Positions 27,949 to 36,934 of a DNA stretch of 55,708 nucleotides are shown here, in pieces (position 1 is the stretch's first letter; each line of letters starts with the position of its first letter). The notes beneath the pieces are model-generated. The model saw only the letters and a program-made list of their open reading frames with translations. It was not told the origin of the DNA and made no database searches. This DNA comes from Polyangiaceae bacterium (GTDB lineage Bacteria; Myxococcota_A; Polyangia; Polyangiales; Polyangiaceae). The position numbers were made by a program, and so were the translations under genes. Where the stretch lies: assembly GCA_035063585.1 (NCBI GenBank), contig JAPSGB010000030.1, positions 1-55,708 on the forward strand, read 5' to 3'.

Positions 27949-29451
27949 ATGCAAGCGCTATCGCTCGTGGATCCCTCGGCTCAGGCGAAGAGCCCCGGCC
28001 GACTCGTTCCGTTTCGTTACCGCGAGGTTGGCGGTCGGGTCCTCCTCACCAGCTACTTCGGCGACTGGGTGTTCGTCACGCGCGACGAGTTCCGCGAGCT
28101 CTACCAAGGCCGGATCCCGCCGGGGGTCGAGCTCAAGCTCGGCGAGCGCAATTTCCTCGCGGACCGGCTCGACGTCGCAAAGACACGCGAGCGAGTGGCG
28201 CATCGGCGCCGCTTCCTCAACTGGGGTCCGATCCTGCACGTCTTGGTGGTGACGCTCCGCTGCAACGAGACCTGCGTCTACTGCCACGCGAGCCGCGCCG
28301 ACATGGACCGCGTCGACACGGATATGTCGAAGGAGACGGCGGAGAAGGCCATCGACATCATCCTGAAGAGCACCTCGCCGCGCATCACCATCGAGTTTCA
28401 AGGCGGTGAGCCGCTCGCGAACTTCCCGCTCATCAAGCACTCGATCGAGTACGTGAACGAGAAGAACCGCGCCTACGGCAAGGAGATCGAGTTCACGATG
28501 GTGAGCAACCTCGCCCTCATGGACGACGAGAAGCTCGACTACCTGGTCGAGAACAAGGTGCAGATCTGCACCAGCATCGACGGCCCGGAGCGCCTCCACA
28601 ACAAGCAGCGCGTGCTGCCGAGCGGCAATGCGTACCAGGAGGCGGCGCGCTGGGTGAAGCTCATCAACCAACGCTACGTCGACATGGGCCTCGATCCCGT
28701 CCTCTACCACGTGGAGGCGCTCCTCACGACCACACGCGCGAGCCTCGACTACCCGAAGGAGATCGTCGATACGTACGTCGAGCTCGGGTGCCGCTCGATT
28801 TTCCTCCGCCCGGTCGATCCCTTCGGGTTCGCGGACAAGACCCACGAGAAAATCGAGTACGACCGCGCGCGGTACATGGATTTCTACCGGACCGCGACCG
28901 ATTACATCATCGAGCTCAACGTGAAGGGCACCCAGGTGCTCGAGCGCTTCGCCAGCATCTTCCTCACCAAGATCCTGACCGGCGACGACCCGAACTTCCT
29001 CGACATCCGAAACCCGGGCGGCGCGGGGGTCGGGTGCCTGTGCTTCAACTACGATGGCACCGTGTACACCTCGGACGAGGGGCGCATGCTGCGCGAGATG
29101 GGCGACGACATGTTCGCGATCGGTCACGTCGACACATCGAAGTATCGCGAGCTCGTCACCCACGAGACGGTGCGCGCCGCGCTCATCGCGTCCAACCTGG
29201 ACGCCCAGCCCGACTGCGTGAACTGTACCTATAACCCTTACTGCGGGAACAAGCCCGAGCACAACTTCAAGACCCAAGGTTCGATTTTCGGGCGGATGCG
29301 CGAGAACCACATCTGCGCGGTCCACAAGGGGATCCAGGACTACGTCTTCGAGAAGCTCGCGGCGGCCGAGCCCGAGACCATGGAAATCTTCCGGCGCTGG
29401 ACCACGGTGCGCGAGCGGACGCATTTTCTCCAGGTGACGTCGGCGAGCTGA
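27949..29451 (+). CDS. hxsB: His-Xaa-Ser system radical SAM maturase HxsB-like (radical SAM plus SPASM)
   Basis: N-terminal LVPFRY; LHVLVVTLRCNETCVYCHASR (CX3CX2C); IEFQGGEPL; TSIDGP; NYDGTVYTSDEGRML; C-terminal CVNC..NPYCG...C. Confidence 0.85.
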   Translation: MQALSLVDPSAQAKSPGRLVPFRYREVGGRVLLTSYFGDWVFVTRDEFRELYQGRIPPGVELKLGERNFLADRLDVAKTRERVAHRRRFLNWGPILHVLVVTLRCNETCVYCHASRADMDRVDTDMSKETAEKAIDIILKSTSPRITIEFQGGEPLANFPLIKHSIEYVNEKNRAYGKEIEFTMVSNLALMDDEKLDYLVENKVQICTSIDGPERLHNKQRVLPSGNAYQEAARWVKLINQRYVDMGLDPVLYHVEALLTTTRASLDYPKEIVDTYVELGCRSIFLRPVDPFGFADKTHEKIEYDRARYMDFYRTATDYIIELNVKGTQVLERFASIFLTKILTGDDPNFLDIRNPGGAGVGCLCFNYDGTVYTSDEGRMLREMGDDMFAIGHVDTSKYRELVTHETVRAALIASNLDAQPDCVNCTYNPYCGNKPEHNFKTQGSIFGRMRENHICAVHKGIQDYVFEKLAAAEPETMEIFRRWTTVRERTHFLQVTSAS

Positions 29452-29496
29452 GCGATTCCGCGCGCGCCCGCCCGGCGTTCCGACTAGGCTTTTCCG

Positions 29497-29904
29497 GTGC
29501 GAAGACTCCCCTCGGTTCGCCTCGGCCTCGCCGCGCTCGCGCTCGGCGCGGCGTCGCTCTCCTGCGCGGGGGTCGCCGGCGATGAGGCCGATCCGGACGC
29601 CGGGGACTGCATCCCGCCGTTGCCCGGTGCCTGGGCGATCCCGGCGGACGGTCTCGAGACGACCTGCGCGACGGACGCTGACTGCGTCGCGGTATATCTC
29701 GGCGAGAACGCCTGCGAGGTGGCGCGCTTCGACGGCGGACGGAACCGACCCTGCCCGAACGCCGCCATCGCGACCCGCAGCCGACCCGCCTACCAGGCGC
29801 GCTACGACGACGTGAACCGCGCCTGCCGACAGGCATGCGGCCCGGGCGAGCTCACCTGCGCGCCGGTCGAGGCGCGCTGCCGCGCGGGCGTCTGCGGGCC
29901 GTGA
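29497..29904 (+). CDS. small Cys-rich lipoprotein
   Basis: Lipobox SLSC plus 10 further Cys (TTCATDADC...ARCRAGVC); own TAGGCT -10 hexamer 6 nt upstream. Confidence 0.75.
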   Translation: MRRLPSVRLGLAALALGAASLSCAGVAGDEADPDAGDCIPPLPGAWAIPADGLETTCATDADCVAVYLGENACEVARFDGGRNRPCPNAAIATRSRPAYQARYDDVNRACRQACGPGELTCAPVEARCRAGVCGP

Positions 29905-29920
29905 GCCGCGGGCCGGGCGC

Positions 29921-31414
29921 TCAAACGTGTCGCGAGAGGTGCTTCGAGAAGCTGTAAATCGAGATCTGCGGCGGCCCGCCGATACTGGTGGGGAAGAGCG
30001 AGCCGTCGAGGACGAACAGCCGCTCGACCTGGTGGTGCTCGCCGGTGCTCTTCACGACCGCCGCCCGCGCGTCGTCGCCCATCCGGAGGGTCCCCATCGG
30101 GTGAACCGCAACCAAGCCGACGTGGTGCGGGCGCGCGGCGGACTCGGGTAGGCTCTCGATCTGGTCGGGCCGCTCGAGCGTGATGGCAGGCACGCTCGGG
30201 ATGAGCACCCGCTTGGCCCCCGCGGCGAACAGCAGGCGCGCGCACGCACGCATCCCGAGCGCGAGCTGGTGCACGTCGCCGTCGATGAGCTCGTAGTCGA
30301 TGCGTGCGCGCCCGTCGTCGCGCACCCCGACGCGACCCTCCGTCTCGTCGTGGATCATCGCGCTCAGCACCGCGATGTTCGGATAGTGCCGCATCCACTC
30401 GTGGTGCGCCACGCCGAAGCCAGGCAGCATGATGCTCGCGCCGATCGGGTGCGCGAACGCGGTGATGATCCAGATCCGCCGCTCGCTGCCGTCTGAGAAG
30501 TCGAGGTGCTCCGTGCACTCGTAGCTCTGCGGGATGCCCTTCCAGCCCTCGATCCGCTCGTCGAAGAGACCGGCGACGGCCACCCCCGGGTGCATGCGGA
30601 GCCCGCGCCCGAGGCGGTCGTGCGGATCGGGGAGCGCGCTCGCTCGGGCGAGCACGGCGCTGCCGACGGCGCTGCCGGCGAGCACGACCGCGCCGGCCTC
30701 GATGTCGAGCACGCCCCTCGGCGCCGCTACCTTCACCCCTCGCGCGCGCTTGCCGTCGTGGACGATGCGGGTCACCCGCGCGTCGGAGATGACCCGCGCG
30801 CCGTGCTCGAGCGCGCTCGGGAGGAGCACCTTGACCGCGTTCTGCTTGGCGTCGAAGGGGCACCCGATCTCGCAAAATCCGCTCTGCTGGCACCCGACGC
30901 GGTTGTGGCTGAGCGGCCCGCCCTTCCAGCCGAGCGCCTTCACGCCGCGCTCGAGGACGCGGTTATTGGCGTTACGCATCGCCTCCGGGATCTCGGTGAC
31001 CGAGAGCTCGGCCTCCACGCTCTCGAAGACCGGCCGGAGCTCGGGCTCAGAGCAGCCCGAGACGTGGTGGCGCCGCTGCCAGAGCTCGAGGATGGGGGTC
31101 GGTGTGCGCTTGCACAGGTTGATGTTGTGCACGGTCGAGCCGCCGACCGCGCGCCCGCCGATGACGCGGATGGCAAGATCGCTGGTCGAGCGGCCGCCAC
31201 GCTCTTGGTAGAGCCGCGGCATCATCTCGTCCTCGCGCTGGGTCATCTGCTGCTGCCGGACGTACGAGCCCTCCTCGAGCGCGATGACCTTCGCGCCGCG
31301 CGCGGCGAGCTCACGCGCGGCCATGCTCCCGCCCGCGCCGGTGCCGACCACCACCACGTCGCAGCGGAGGCGGCTTCCGGCCGGGAGATTGCGCGCGCTC
31401 TCGATGGCTCCCAT
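29921..31414 (-). CDS. GMC family oxidoreductase
   Basis: DVVVVGTGAGG FAD motif; GRAVGGSTVHN; C..SGFCEIGC; HPMGTLRMG; DGSLFPTSIG. Confidence 0.92.
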   Translation of the reverse strand: MGAIESARNLPAGSRLRCDVVVVGTGAGGSMAARELAARGAKVIALEEGSYVRQQQMTQREDEMMPRLYQERGGRSTSDLAIRVIGGRAVGGSTVHNINLCKRTPTPILELWQRRHHVSGCSEPELRPVFESVEAELSVTEIPEAMRNANNRVLERGVKALGWKGGPLSHNRVGCQQSGFCEIGCPFDAKQNAVKVLLPSALEHGARVISDARVTRIVHDGKRARGVKVAAPRGVLDIEAGAVVLAGSAVGSAVLARASALPDPHDRLGRGLRMHPGVAVAGLFDERIEGWKGIPQSYECTEHLDFSDGSERRIWIITAFAHPIGASIMLPGFGVAHHEWMRHYPNIAVLSAMIHDETEGRVGVRDDGRARIDYELIDGDVHQLALGMRACARLLFAAGAKRVLIPSVPAITLERPDQIESLPESAARPHHVGLVAVHPMGTLRMGDDARAAVVKSTGEHHQVERLFVLDGSLFPTSIGGPPQISIYSFSKHLSRHV

Positions 31415-31923
31415 CACTCGGCTCCCCAATCGATCACCGGGCCGCCATAGCCGATCTCCGCCCAGCTCTCGGAGCGCCGCCAATACGCCATCATCGCCAT
31501 CGCCTTCAGCGCCTGAAAGCCCGCCCGCAGGAGCTCGATGCGGCTCTCCTCGAGCGAGCCGAGCACCCGATCCTGGGCCTCGGGCGCGAGCGCCGTGAAG
31601 CGACGCGCGTACCCGGCGACGACCGGCGCGAGGTGCTCGAGGTACGCGATGAACCGGCCGACGTCGCGAAGATCGGTGGCGGCGAGGCCGCGGAGGTATT
31701 CGTCAGTGTAGCTCCCGATCCCGATCGGTCGTGGCGCGAGTACGCGGCGACCGAACGCCTCGACCACCACGTACTGCCAGGGCGCGAGCACGGCGAGGCG
31801 CTCCGCGACGTCCGCCGGCACCTGGTAGCCCGAGACTCGGAGCCAGGTGAGCCCTCCGGCGCCGGCCGCGAGCCCGCCGGCGAAATAGCCGAGCACGCGT
31901 CGTCGCCTCACGTTGGTCGTCAT
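31414..31923 (-). CDS. GMC-associated small subunit (gluconate 2-dehydrogenase subunit 3-like) with Tat-like signal
   Basis: RRRRVL then hydrophobic stretch; RFTALAPEAQDRVL; ends W..IGYGGP; coupled to GMC gene. Confidence 0.75.
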   Translation of the reverse strand: MTTNVRRRRVLGYFAGGLAAGAGGLTWLRVSGYQVPADVAERLAVLAPWQYVVVEAFGRRVLAPRPIGIGSYTDEYLRGLAATDLRDVGRFIAYLEHLAPVVAGYARRFTALAPEAQDRVLGSLEESRIELLRAGFQALKAMAMMAYWRRSESWAEIGYGGPVIDWGAE

Positions 31924-32939
31924 GGCTCGGCTCGGGCGCCGCCGGTAAGCTCGACGATCACCGCCTCGACGCCTGCGACCACCCGGGCCATGCGGTCGAA
32001 GTCGAGCGTCTCGAGCACGTCGCCCGGCGTGTGATGAGCGGCGCTGCGCGCCGCGCCGGTGTCGGTGATCCGCACCGCGGGCCATCCCATCTGCCAGAAC
32101 GACCCCTCGTCGGAGGCCGCCGCCGGATCACCGAGCGCCAACCGGCGCGCGGGGACGCTGCCGCGGGCGAGCAGGGTGGCGAGCACGCTCGCCGCGAGCC
32201 GCTCGTCGGCGCGGCGCGACACGACGGCGATGAAGTCACCGACCGTCGGTCGCTCGCCCTCGAACCCCGCCACCTCTCGCTGACTGCCCGGCGCATCGGA
32301 GAAACGGCCGATGGAGTCGAGGTTCAGCGCCGCTATCACGCGCTCACCGCGCGCGGCGAGGCCCTTCGCGTAGCGCAGGCTGCCCATGTCGGGCGTCCCC
32401 GCGAAGGGCGCCTCTCGGTTGGCGAAGCACACGAAATGCAGGCTCCGCCCGGGGCGCGAGTCGCGCAGGGCGCGCGCGAGCGCGAGCACCGCCGCCACGC
32501 CGCTCGCATTGTCGCCCGCGCCCGGGCTGCCGAGCGCCGAGTCGTAATGCGCCCCGACCACGATGGACTCCTCGCCGCGCTCTCCGCCCGGCACGGTCAC
32601 CTCGAGGTTCTGCGCGACGATGTCGCCGACCTCATAACCTTCGCGAGCGACGGCGTAGCCGAGGTCCTCGAGCGAGGTCGCCACGAAATCGGCCGCCGAG
32701 GCGAGCTCCCACTTCTTCTCCGCGTTGCGCTCGCCGATCCGCGAGCCAAGCTCGGTGACCGCGCTCCGGAGCTCGAGCGCGAGCGCGCGCTCTCGCTCGT
32801 TCGGGGGCGGGAGCGCGCGCCCCGGCCGCGCCGTCTCCGCTCGAGCCGGCGCAGGCCGCGGCGACACCGAGGGGGGCGCCGCTCCGGCGCAGCCCGCGAC
32901 CACGAGCAGAGAGAGCACTCGAGCGAGACCTCGCGGCAC
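31920..32939 (-). CDS. M28 family peptidase-like lipoprotein
   Basis: Lipobox VAGC; VVGAHYDS, GAGDNASGVA, LNLDSIG, HHTPGD; the EE motif reads RE. Confidence 0.85.
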   Translation of the reverse strand: MPRGLARVLSLLVVAGCAGAAPPSVSPRPAPARAETARPGRALPPPNERERALALELRSAVTELGSRIGERNAEKKWELASAADFVATSLEDLGYAVAREGYEVGDIVAQNLEVTVPGGERGEESIVVGAHYDSALGSPGAGDNASGVAAVLALARALRDSRPGRSLHFVCFANREAPFAGTPDMGSLRYAKGLAARGERVIAALNLDSIGRFSDAPGSQREVAGFEGERPTVGDFIAVVSRRADERLAASVLATLLARGSVPARRLALGDPAAASDEGSFWQMGWPAVRITDTGAARSAAHHTPGDVLETLDFDRMARVVAGVEAVIVELTGGARAEP

Positions 32940-33037
32940 GACTCGGCTCCTCTACCACGGCGCGCCGAGCGGCGCGATTTGGGCGGGAGCGGCGCCCCTT
33001 GAGTCGTGCGGCCGGCTGCGAGTAGATTCCGGGTCCC

Positions 33038-33544
33038 TTGGCAGACTCGTCGGCAGAGCCCCTGGTGGGGGTGGTCATGGGCTCGAGGAGCGACTGGGAC
33101 ACGCTCGAGCACGCGGTCACCACCCTGGCCCACCTCGGGATCCCACATGAGGTGCGCGTCGTCTCCGCGCACCGGACGCCGGACCTGCTGTTCGAGTACG
33201 CCGAGAGCGCGAGCGCGCGCGGCCTCGAGCTCATCATCGCCGGCGCGGGTGGCGCGGCGCACCTACCCGGCATGCTCGCCGCAAAGACCTCGCTCCCCGT
33301 GCTCGGGGTGCCGGTGGAGAGCAAGGCGCTCCGCGGGATGGATTCGCTGCTCTCGATGGTACAGATGCCCGCCGGCATCCCGGTCGGGACGCTCGCCATC
33401 GGACGCTCCGGCGCGATCAACGCGGCGCTCCTCGCCGCTGCCATGCTCGGCAACAAGTACCCGGAGCATCGGGCCGCGCTCGAGCGTCACCGCGCCGAGC
33501 AGACCGAGCGCGTGCTCGCCCACCCGGACCCGCGCGCGCCGTGA
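33038..33544 (+). CDS. purE: N5-carboxyaminoimidazole ribonucleotide mutase
   Basis: [37 protein letters not shown]. Confidence 0.97.
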   Translation: MADSSAEPLVGVVMGSRSDWDTLEHAVTTLAHLGIPHEVRVVSAHRTPDLLFEYAESASARGLELIIAGAGGAAHLPGMLAAKTSLPVLGVPVESKALRGMDSLLSMVQMPAGIPVGTLAIGRSGAINAALLAAAMLGNKYPEHRAALERHRAEQTERVLAHPDPRAP

Positions 33545-34644
33545 GGATCGGCGTCCTCGGCGCCGGCCAGCTCGGCCGCATGCTGGCGCTCGCCGGGCAC
33601 CCGCTCGGCTTCGAGCTCGTCTGCCTGGATCCGGCGCGAGACGCGCCCGCGGGGCAGGTCGCCGAGCACCTCGCCGCGCCCTACGACGACGAGCTCGCGC
33701 TCGCGCGGCTCGCCGCGTGCGACGTCGTCACCTACGAGTTCGAGAGCGTGCCGGTCGCAACCGCGCGAGAGCTGGCGCGCACGACCCCGGTGCACCCGTC
33801 CCCGGACGCCCTCGCCATCGCGCAAGATCGCTGGACGGAGAAGTCCTGCTTCCGTGAGCTCGGCATCCCGACCGCGCCCTTCGCGCGCGTCGACAGCGAG
33901 GACGAGCTCCGCGCCGCGGTGGACAAGCTCGGGCTGCCCGCGGTGCTGAAGACGCGGCGGTTCGGCTACGACGGCAAGGGCCAGAGCGTGCTCTGCCGCG
34001 ACGCGGACATCGCGAGCGCATGGCGCGAGCTCGGCCGAGCGCCGCTCATCCTCGAGGGCTTCGTGCGCTTCCAGCGGGAGCTCAGCTTGCTGTCGGTGCG
34101 GAGCACCACCGGCGAGACCGCGTTCTATCCGCTGGTCGAGAACGAGCACTCCCACGGCATCCTACGGCTCTCGCGCGCGCCGGCGCGCGGGCTCACCCCG
34201 GCGCTCCAGGCGACCGCCGAGGACTACGGGCGCCGCCTGCTCGATCGCCTCGGCTACGCCGGCGTGCTCGCGCTCGAGCTATTCGAAGAGGGCGGCACGC
34301 TACTGGCGAACGAGATGGCGCCGCGGGTGCATAACTCAGGACATTTCTCCATCGAGGGCGCGGTAACGAGCCAGTTCGAGAACCATCTGCGCGCGATCAC
34401 CGGGCTCCCGCTCGGGAGCACCGCGCTCCGCGCCTCGGCCGCGATGCTGAACTTCGTCGGCGCGCCGCCCGAGCCGGCGCTGGTGCTGGCGGTCCCGGAC
34501 GCCCACCTGCACCTCTACGGCAAGGAGCCGCGCCCGGGCCGAAAGCTCGGGCACGCGACCGTGCTCGCCCCCGACGAGACGACCCGCGAAACCCGCATCG
34601 CCAGCCTCGAGAAGACCCTCGCCGCACGAGACGAGAGCCGCTGA
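33541..34644 (+). CDS. purK: N5-carboxyaminoimidazole ribonucleotide synthase
   Basis: [52 protein letters not shown]. Confidence 0.97.
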   Translation: MRIGVLGAGQLGRMLALAGHPLGFELVCLDPARDAPAGQVAEHLAAPYDDELALARLAACDVVTYEFESVPVATARELARTTPVHPSPDALAIAQDRWTEKSCFRELGIPTAPFARVDSEDELRAAVDKLGLPAVLKTRRFGYDGKGQSVLCRDADIASAWRELGRAPLILEGFVRFQRELSLLSVRSTTGETAFYPLVENEHSHGILRLSRAPARGLTPALQATAEDYGRRLLDRLGYAGVLALELFEEGGTLLANEMAPRVHNSGHFSIEGAVTSQFENHLRAITGLPLGSTALRASAAMLNFVGAPPEPALVLAVPDAHLHLYGKEPRPGRKLGHATVLAPDETTRETRIASLEKTLAARDESR

Positions 34645-34696
34645 TTGGCGTTTGTTCCGGGGCGTGTTCTATGCTCCCGGCCACACGGAGGAACCC

Positions 34697-35440
34697 ATGC
34701 GAACATCGATCGCCACCCTCGCGGGCTCTGGCCTGCTCCTACTCTCGAGCGCCGCGGCGGCCCAGCAGCCCTACGGCTACTCCGGCGCTTACAACACCGG
34801 CACCTATGGTCCGGGCGCGATGCCCTCGTCCGCGAGCGGCGTGGACAACATCGGCGTCGAGGGCCAGTTCGTGCTCGGCGTCGAGCGGATCACCGGGCTC
34901 TATTGGCAGCGCGACACCGCGAGCGTCAGCGATCAGGACGTGACGCAGAAGCACTTCACGCTCGGCCTGCTCGGGATGTCCGCGGTGACCCCGAGCTCCG
35001 TTCCGCGCGTGGCCGGCGACTTCTTCGTCATCGACAGCCTCAGCGTCGGCGGCAGCATCGCCTACTTCAGTGACGCGCCGGGCATGGACCCGGAGCCTCC
35101 GGGCGGCGCCTCGCCCGACTCGACGAGCGGCTTTCTCTTAAATCCGAGGGTCGGCTACGCGTACGTGCTCGACGAGACGTTCGCCATCTGGCCGCGGCTC
35201 GGGTTCATGTACGCGCACTCGAGCACCGGGGACGCCTCGAGCTCGCGCACCAACCTCACCATCGACGCGATGCTCACCATCTCGCCCGTCGAGCACGTGA
35301 TCTTCAGCGTCGGCCCGATGCTCGACCTTGGCCTCGGCGGCAGCACCGACATGTCGAACGGGGCGGGCGGAACCACCAGCGTGGACACCAAGCTCACGAG
35401 CTATGGGCTGACCGCAGGGCTCGGCACCTACTTCCCCTGA
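34697..35440 (+). CDS. outer membrane beta-barrel protein
   Basis: GGAGGA Shine-Dalgarno; signal peptide; alternating beta strands; C-terminal YGLTAGLGTYF aromatic signature. Confidence 0.75.
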   Translation: MRTSIATLAGSGLLLLSSAAAAQQPYGYSGAYNTGTYGPGAMPSSASGVDNIGVEGQFVLGVERITGLYWQRDTASVSDQDVTQKHFTLGLLGMSAVTPSSVPRVAGDFFVIDSLSVGGSIAYFSDAPGMDPEPPGGASPDSTSGFLLNPRVGYAYVLDETFAIWPRLGFMYAHSSTGDASSSRTNLTIDAMLTISPVEHVIFSVGPMLDLGLGGSTDMSNGAGGTTSVDTKLTSYGLTAGLGTYFP

Positions 35441-35514
35441 GCGAGCGCCGCGCGATGGCCGGCGGGCGGGAGCCCGGCTCCGGGGGCTCCGGGGTTGCCG
35501 GTCCGGCGCGGGGC

Positions 35515-36564
35515 TCACCGGGTGCGGTCGTAGAGCGCGCGGAGCGTCGCGTGGCTCGCGCGCTCCGTGCCGCGCGCGAGCGCCCACACGAGCTCACGCG
35601 CGGCGGCGTTGATCGGCACCGGGATGCCGCGCTCGGTCGCGCGCTCCACGATCTCGCCGTTCAGGAACTCGACCGCCGGCTCGCGACCGCGCTCGATGGC
35701 GGCGAGCATGCTCGAACGGAGCCTGCGATAGCGCGCGCCGACCGCGAGCAGGAGGCCATGCTTGGCGATCAGCCCGGGCGACGCGGTCACCGAACGCTCC
35801 GCCGGAGTGAGCGCGAGCCAGTCGAGGTCGAGCGTGCCGCTCACCTTCTCGAGGGTCACCTGTTCGGCGCGCGCCACCATGACGACCTCGGTCATCACCT
35901 CGAGCGCGAGGCGGCGCACGTGCCTCGCGCGCATCAGGGTGCCGAGGCGATCCCCACCGATGGTGCCGAGGGTGGAGACGGCGCAATTGATGGCGAGCTT
36001 GCTCCACCGCGCGCCGCGCAGGTTCGCCGTCAGCGTCACCGGCCCCACCGCCTCGAGGAGCCGCCCGAGCTCCTCCGCGCGCGGGTCCGCCGCGCCGTCG
36101 AGGCGGCCGAGCGTGAAGCCGCCCTCGCTCGTGCGGTCGACGACGCCCGGCTCGATCATGGAGGCGCCCCACGCGACCACCGCGCCGAGCACGCGGTCCG
36201 AACCCACGATGCGCGCGACCCGCTCCTCGCAGAGCCCGTTCTGGAAGCAGACCATGCGGCCGTCCGGCGCGAGCCTCGCGAGGACGCTCCGCGCGGCCTC
36301 CTCCACCTGGGGCGGCTGCGTCGCGAGCAAGACGTAGTCGAACGGCGGGACCGAAGGCTCGAGCGTCTCGTAGACCGCAGCGAGCTTGGCCGCCGCGCGC
36401 GCGGAGTCGCCGACGACTCGGAGCCCGTGCAAGCGCACCGAGGCGGCGATCGCGGAGTTGGTCGTGAGCACGCTCACCGAGCCGCCGAGCTCGGCGAGCC
36501 CGGCCGCGACCACGCTGCCGATGGCGCCGCAGCCGACCACGAGGATCCGAGGCGAGTCCGTCAC
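35515..36564 (-). CDS. panE: 2-dehydropantoate 2-reductase
   Basis: VVGCGAIG, FQNGL, WSKLAIN, SSML, EFLNGEIV. Confidence 0.88.
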   Translation of the reverse strand: MTDSPRILVVGCGAIGSVVAAGLAELGGSVSVLTTNSAIAASVRLHGLRVVGDSARAAAKLAAVYETLEPSVPPFDYVLLATQPPQVEEAARSVLARLAPDGRMVCFQNGLCEERVARIVGSDRVLGAVVAWGASMIEPGVVDRTSEGGFTLGRLDGAADPRAEELGRLLEAVGPVTLTANLRGARWSKLAINCAVSTLGTIGGDRLGTLMRARHVRRLALEVMTEVVMVARAEQVTLEKVSGTLDLDWLALTPAERSVTASPGLIAKHGLLLAVGARYRRLRSSMLAAIERGREPAVEFLNGEIVERATERGIPVPINAAARELVWALARGTERASHATLRALYDRTR

Positions 36565-36724
36565 CGAGTAAACCTACCCCGACGCCGGCCGCGCCGGCAC
36601 GACCAGCCAGAAGCACCGCGCCGAGTGATTTTCTTGCCAGAGCGACGAGGCTTGTGTAGGAGGGGCTCGTACATAGGCACCCAACACGCCAACGGGGGGC
36701 AGAGCCCCCAGGATCCTGGTAGCC

Positions 36725-36784
36725 ATGCGACGAATCAAGAAGCTGCTCGAGCGCCTGCGTTTTCCGATGCCCGTGCTCGCGTGA
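36725..36784 (+). CDS. possible 19-aa small protein MRRIKKLLERLRFPMPVLA
   Basis: ATG..TGA in an otherwise empty intergenic gap; host-like GC3; below the ORF-track length cutoff. Confidence 0.3.
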   Translation: MRRIKKLLERLRFPMPVLA

Positions 36785-36934
36785 GTTGCGGGCGGGGCGC
36801 TGCGAATCGGCGCTCCGCCGACCTTGCTTTCGCTTCCCTTCCCGCGCTTCCTTCTTTCGCTTCACCCCACCGCGGGGCCGGAGCGCGCGCTCTCCGAGAG
36901 CGACCCGGGGCCCGGCGGCCTGGCGAGGTCGCGG

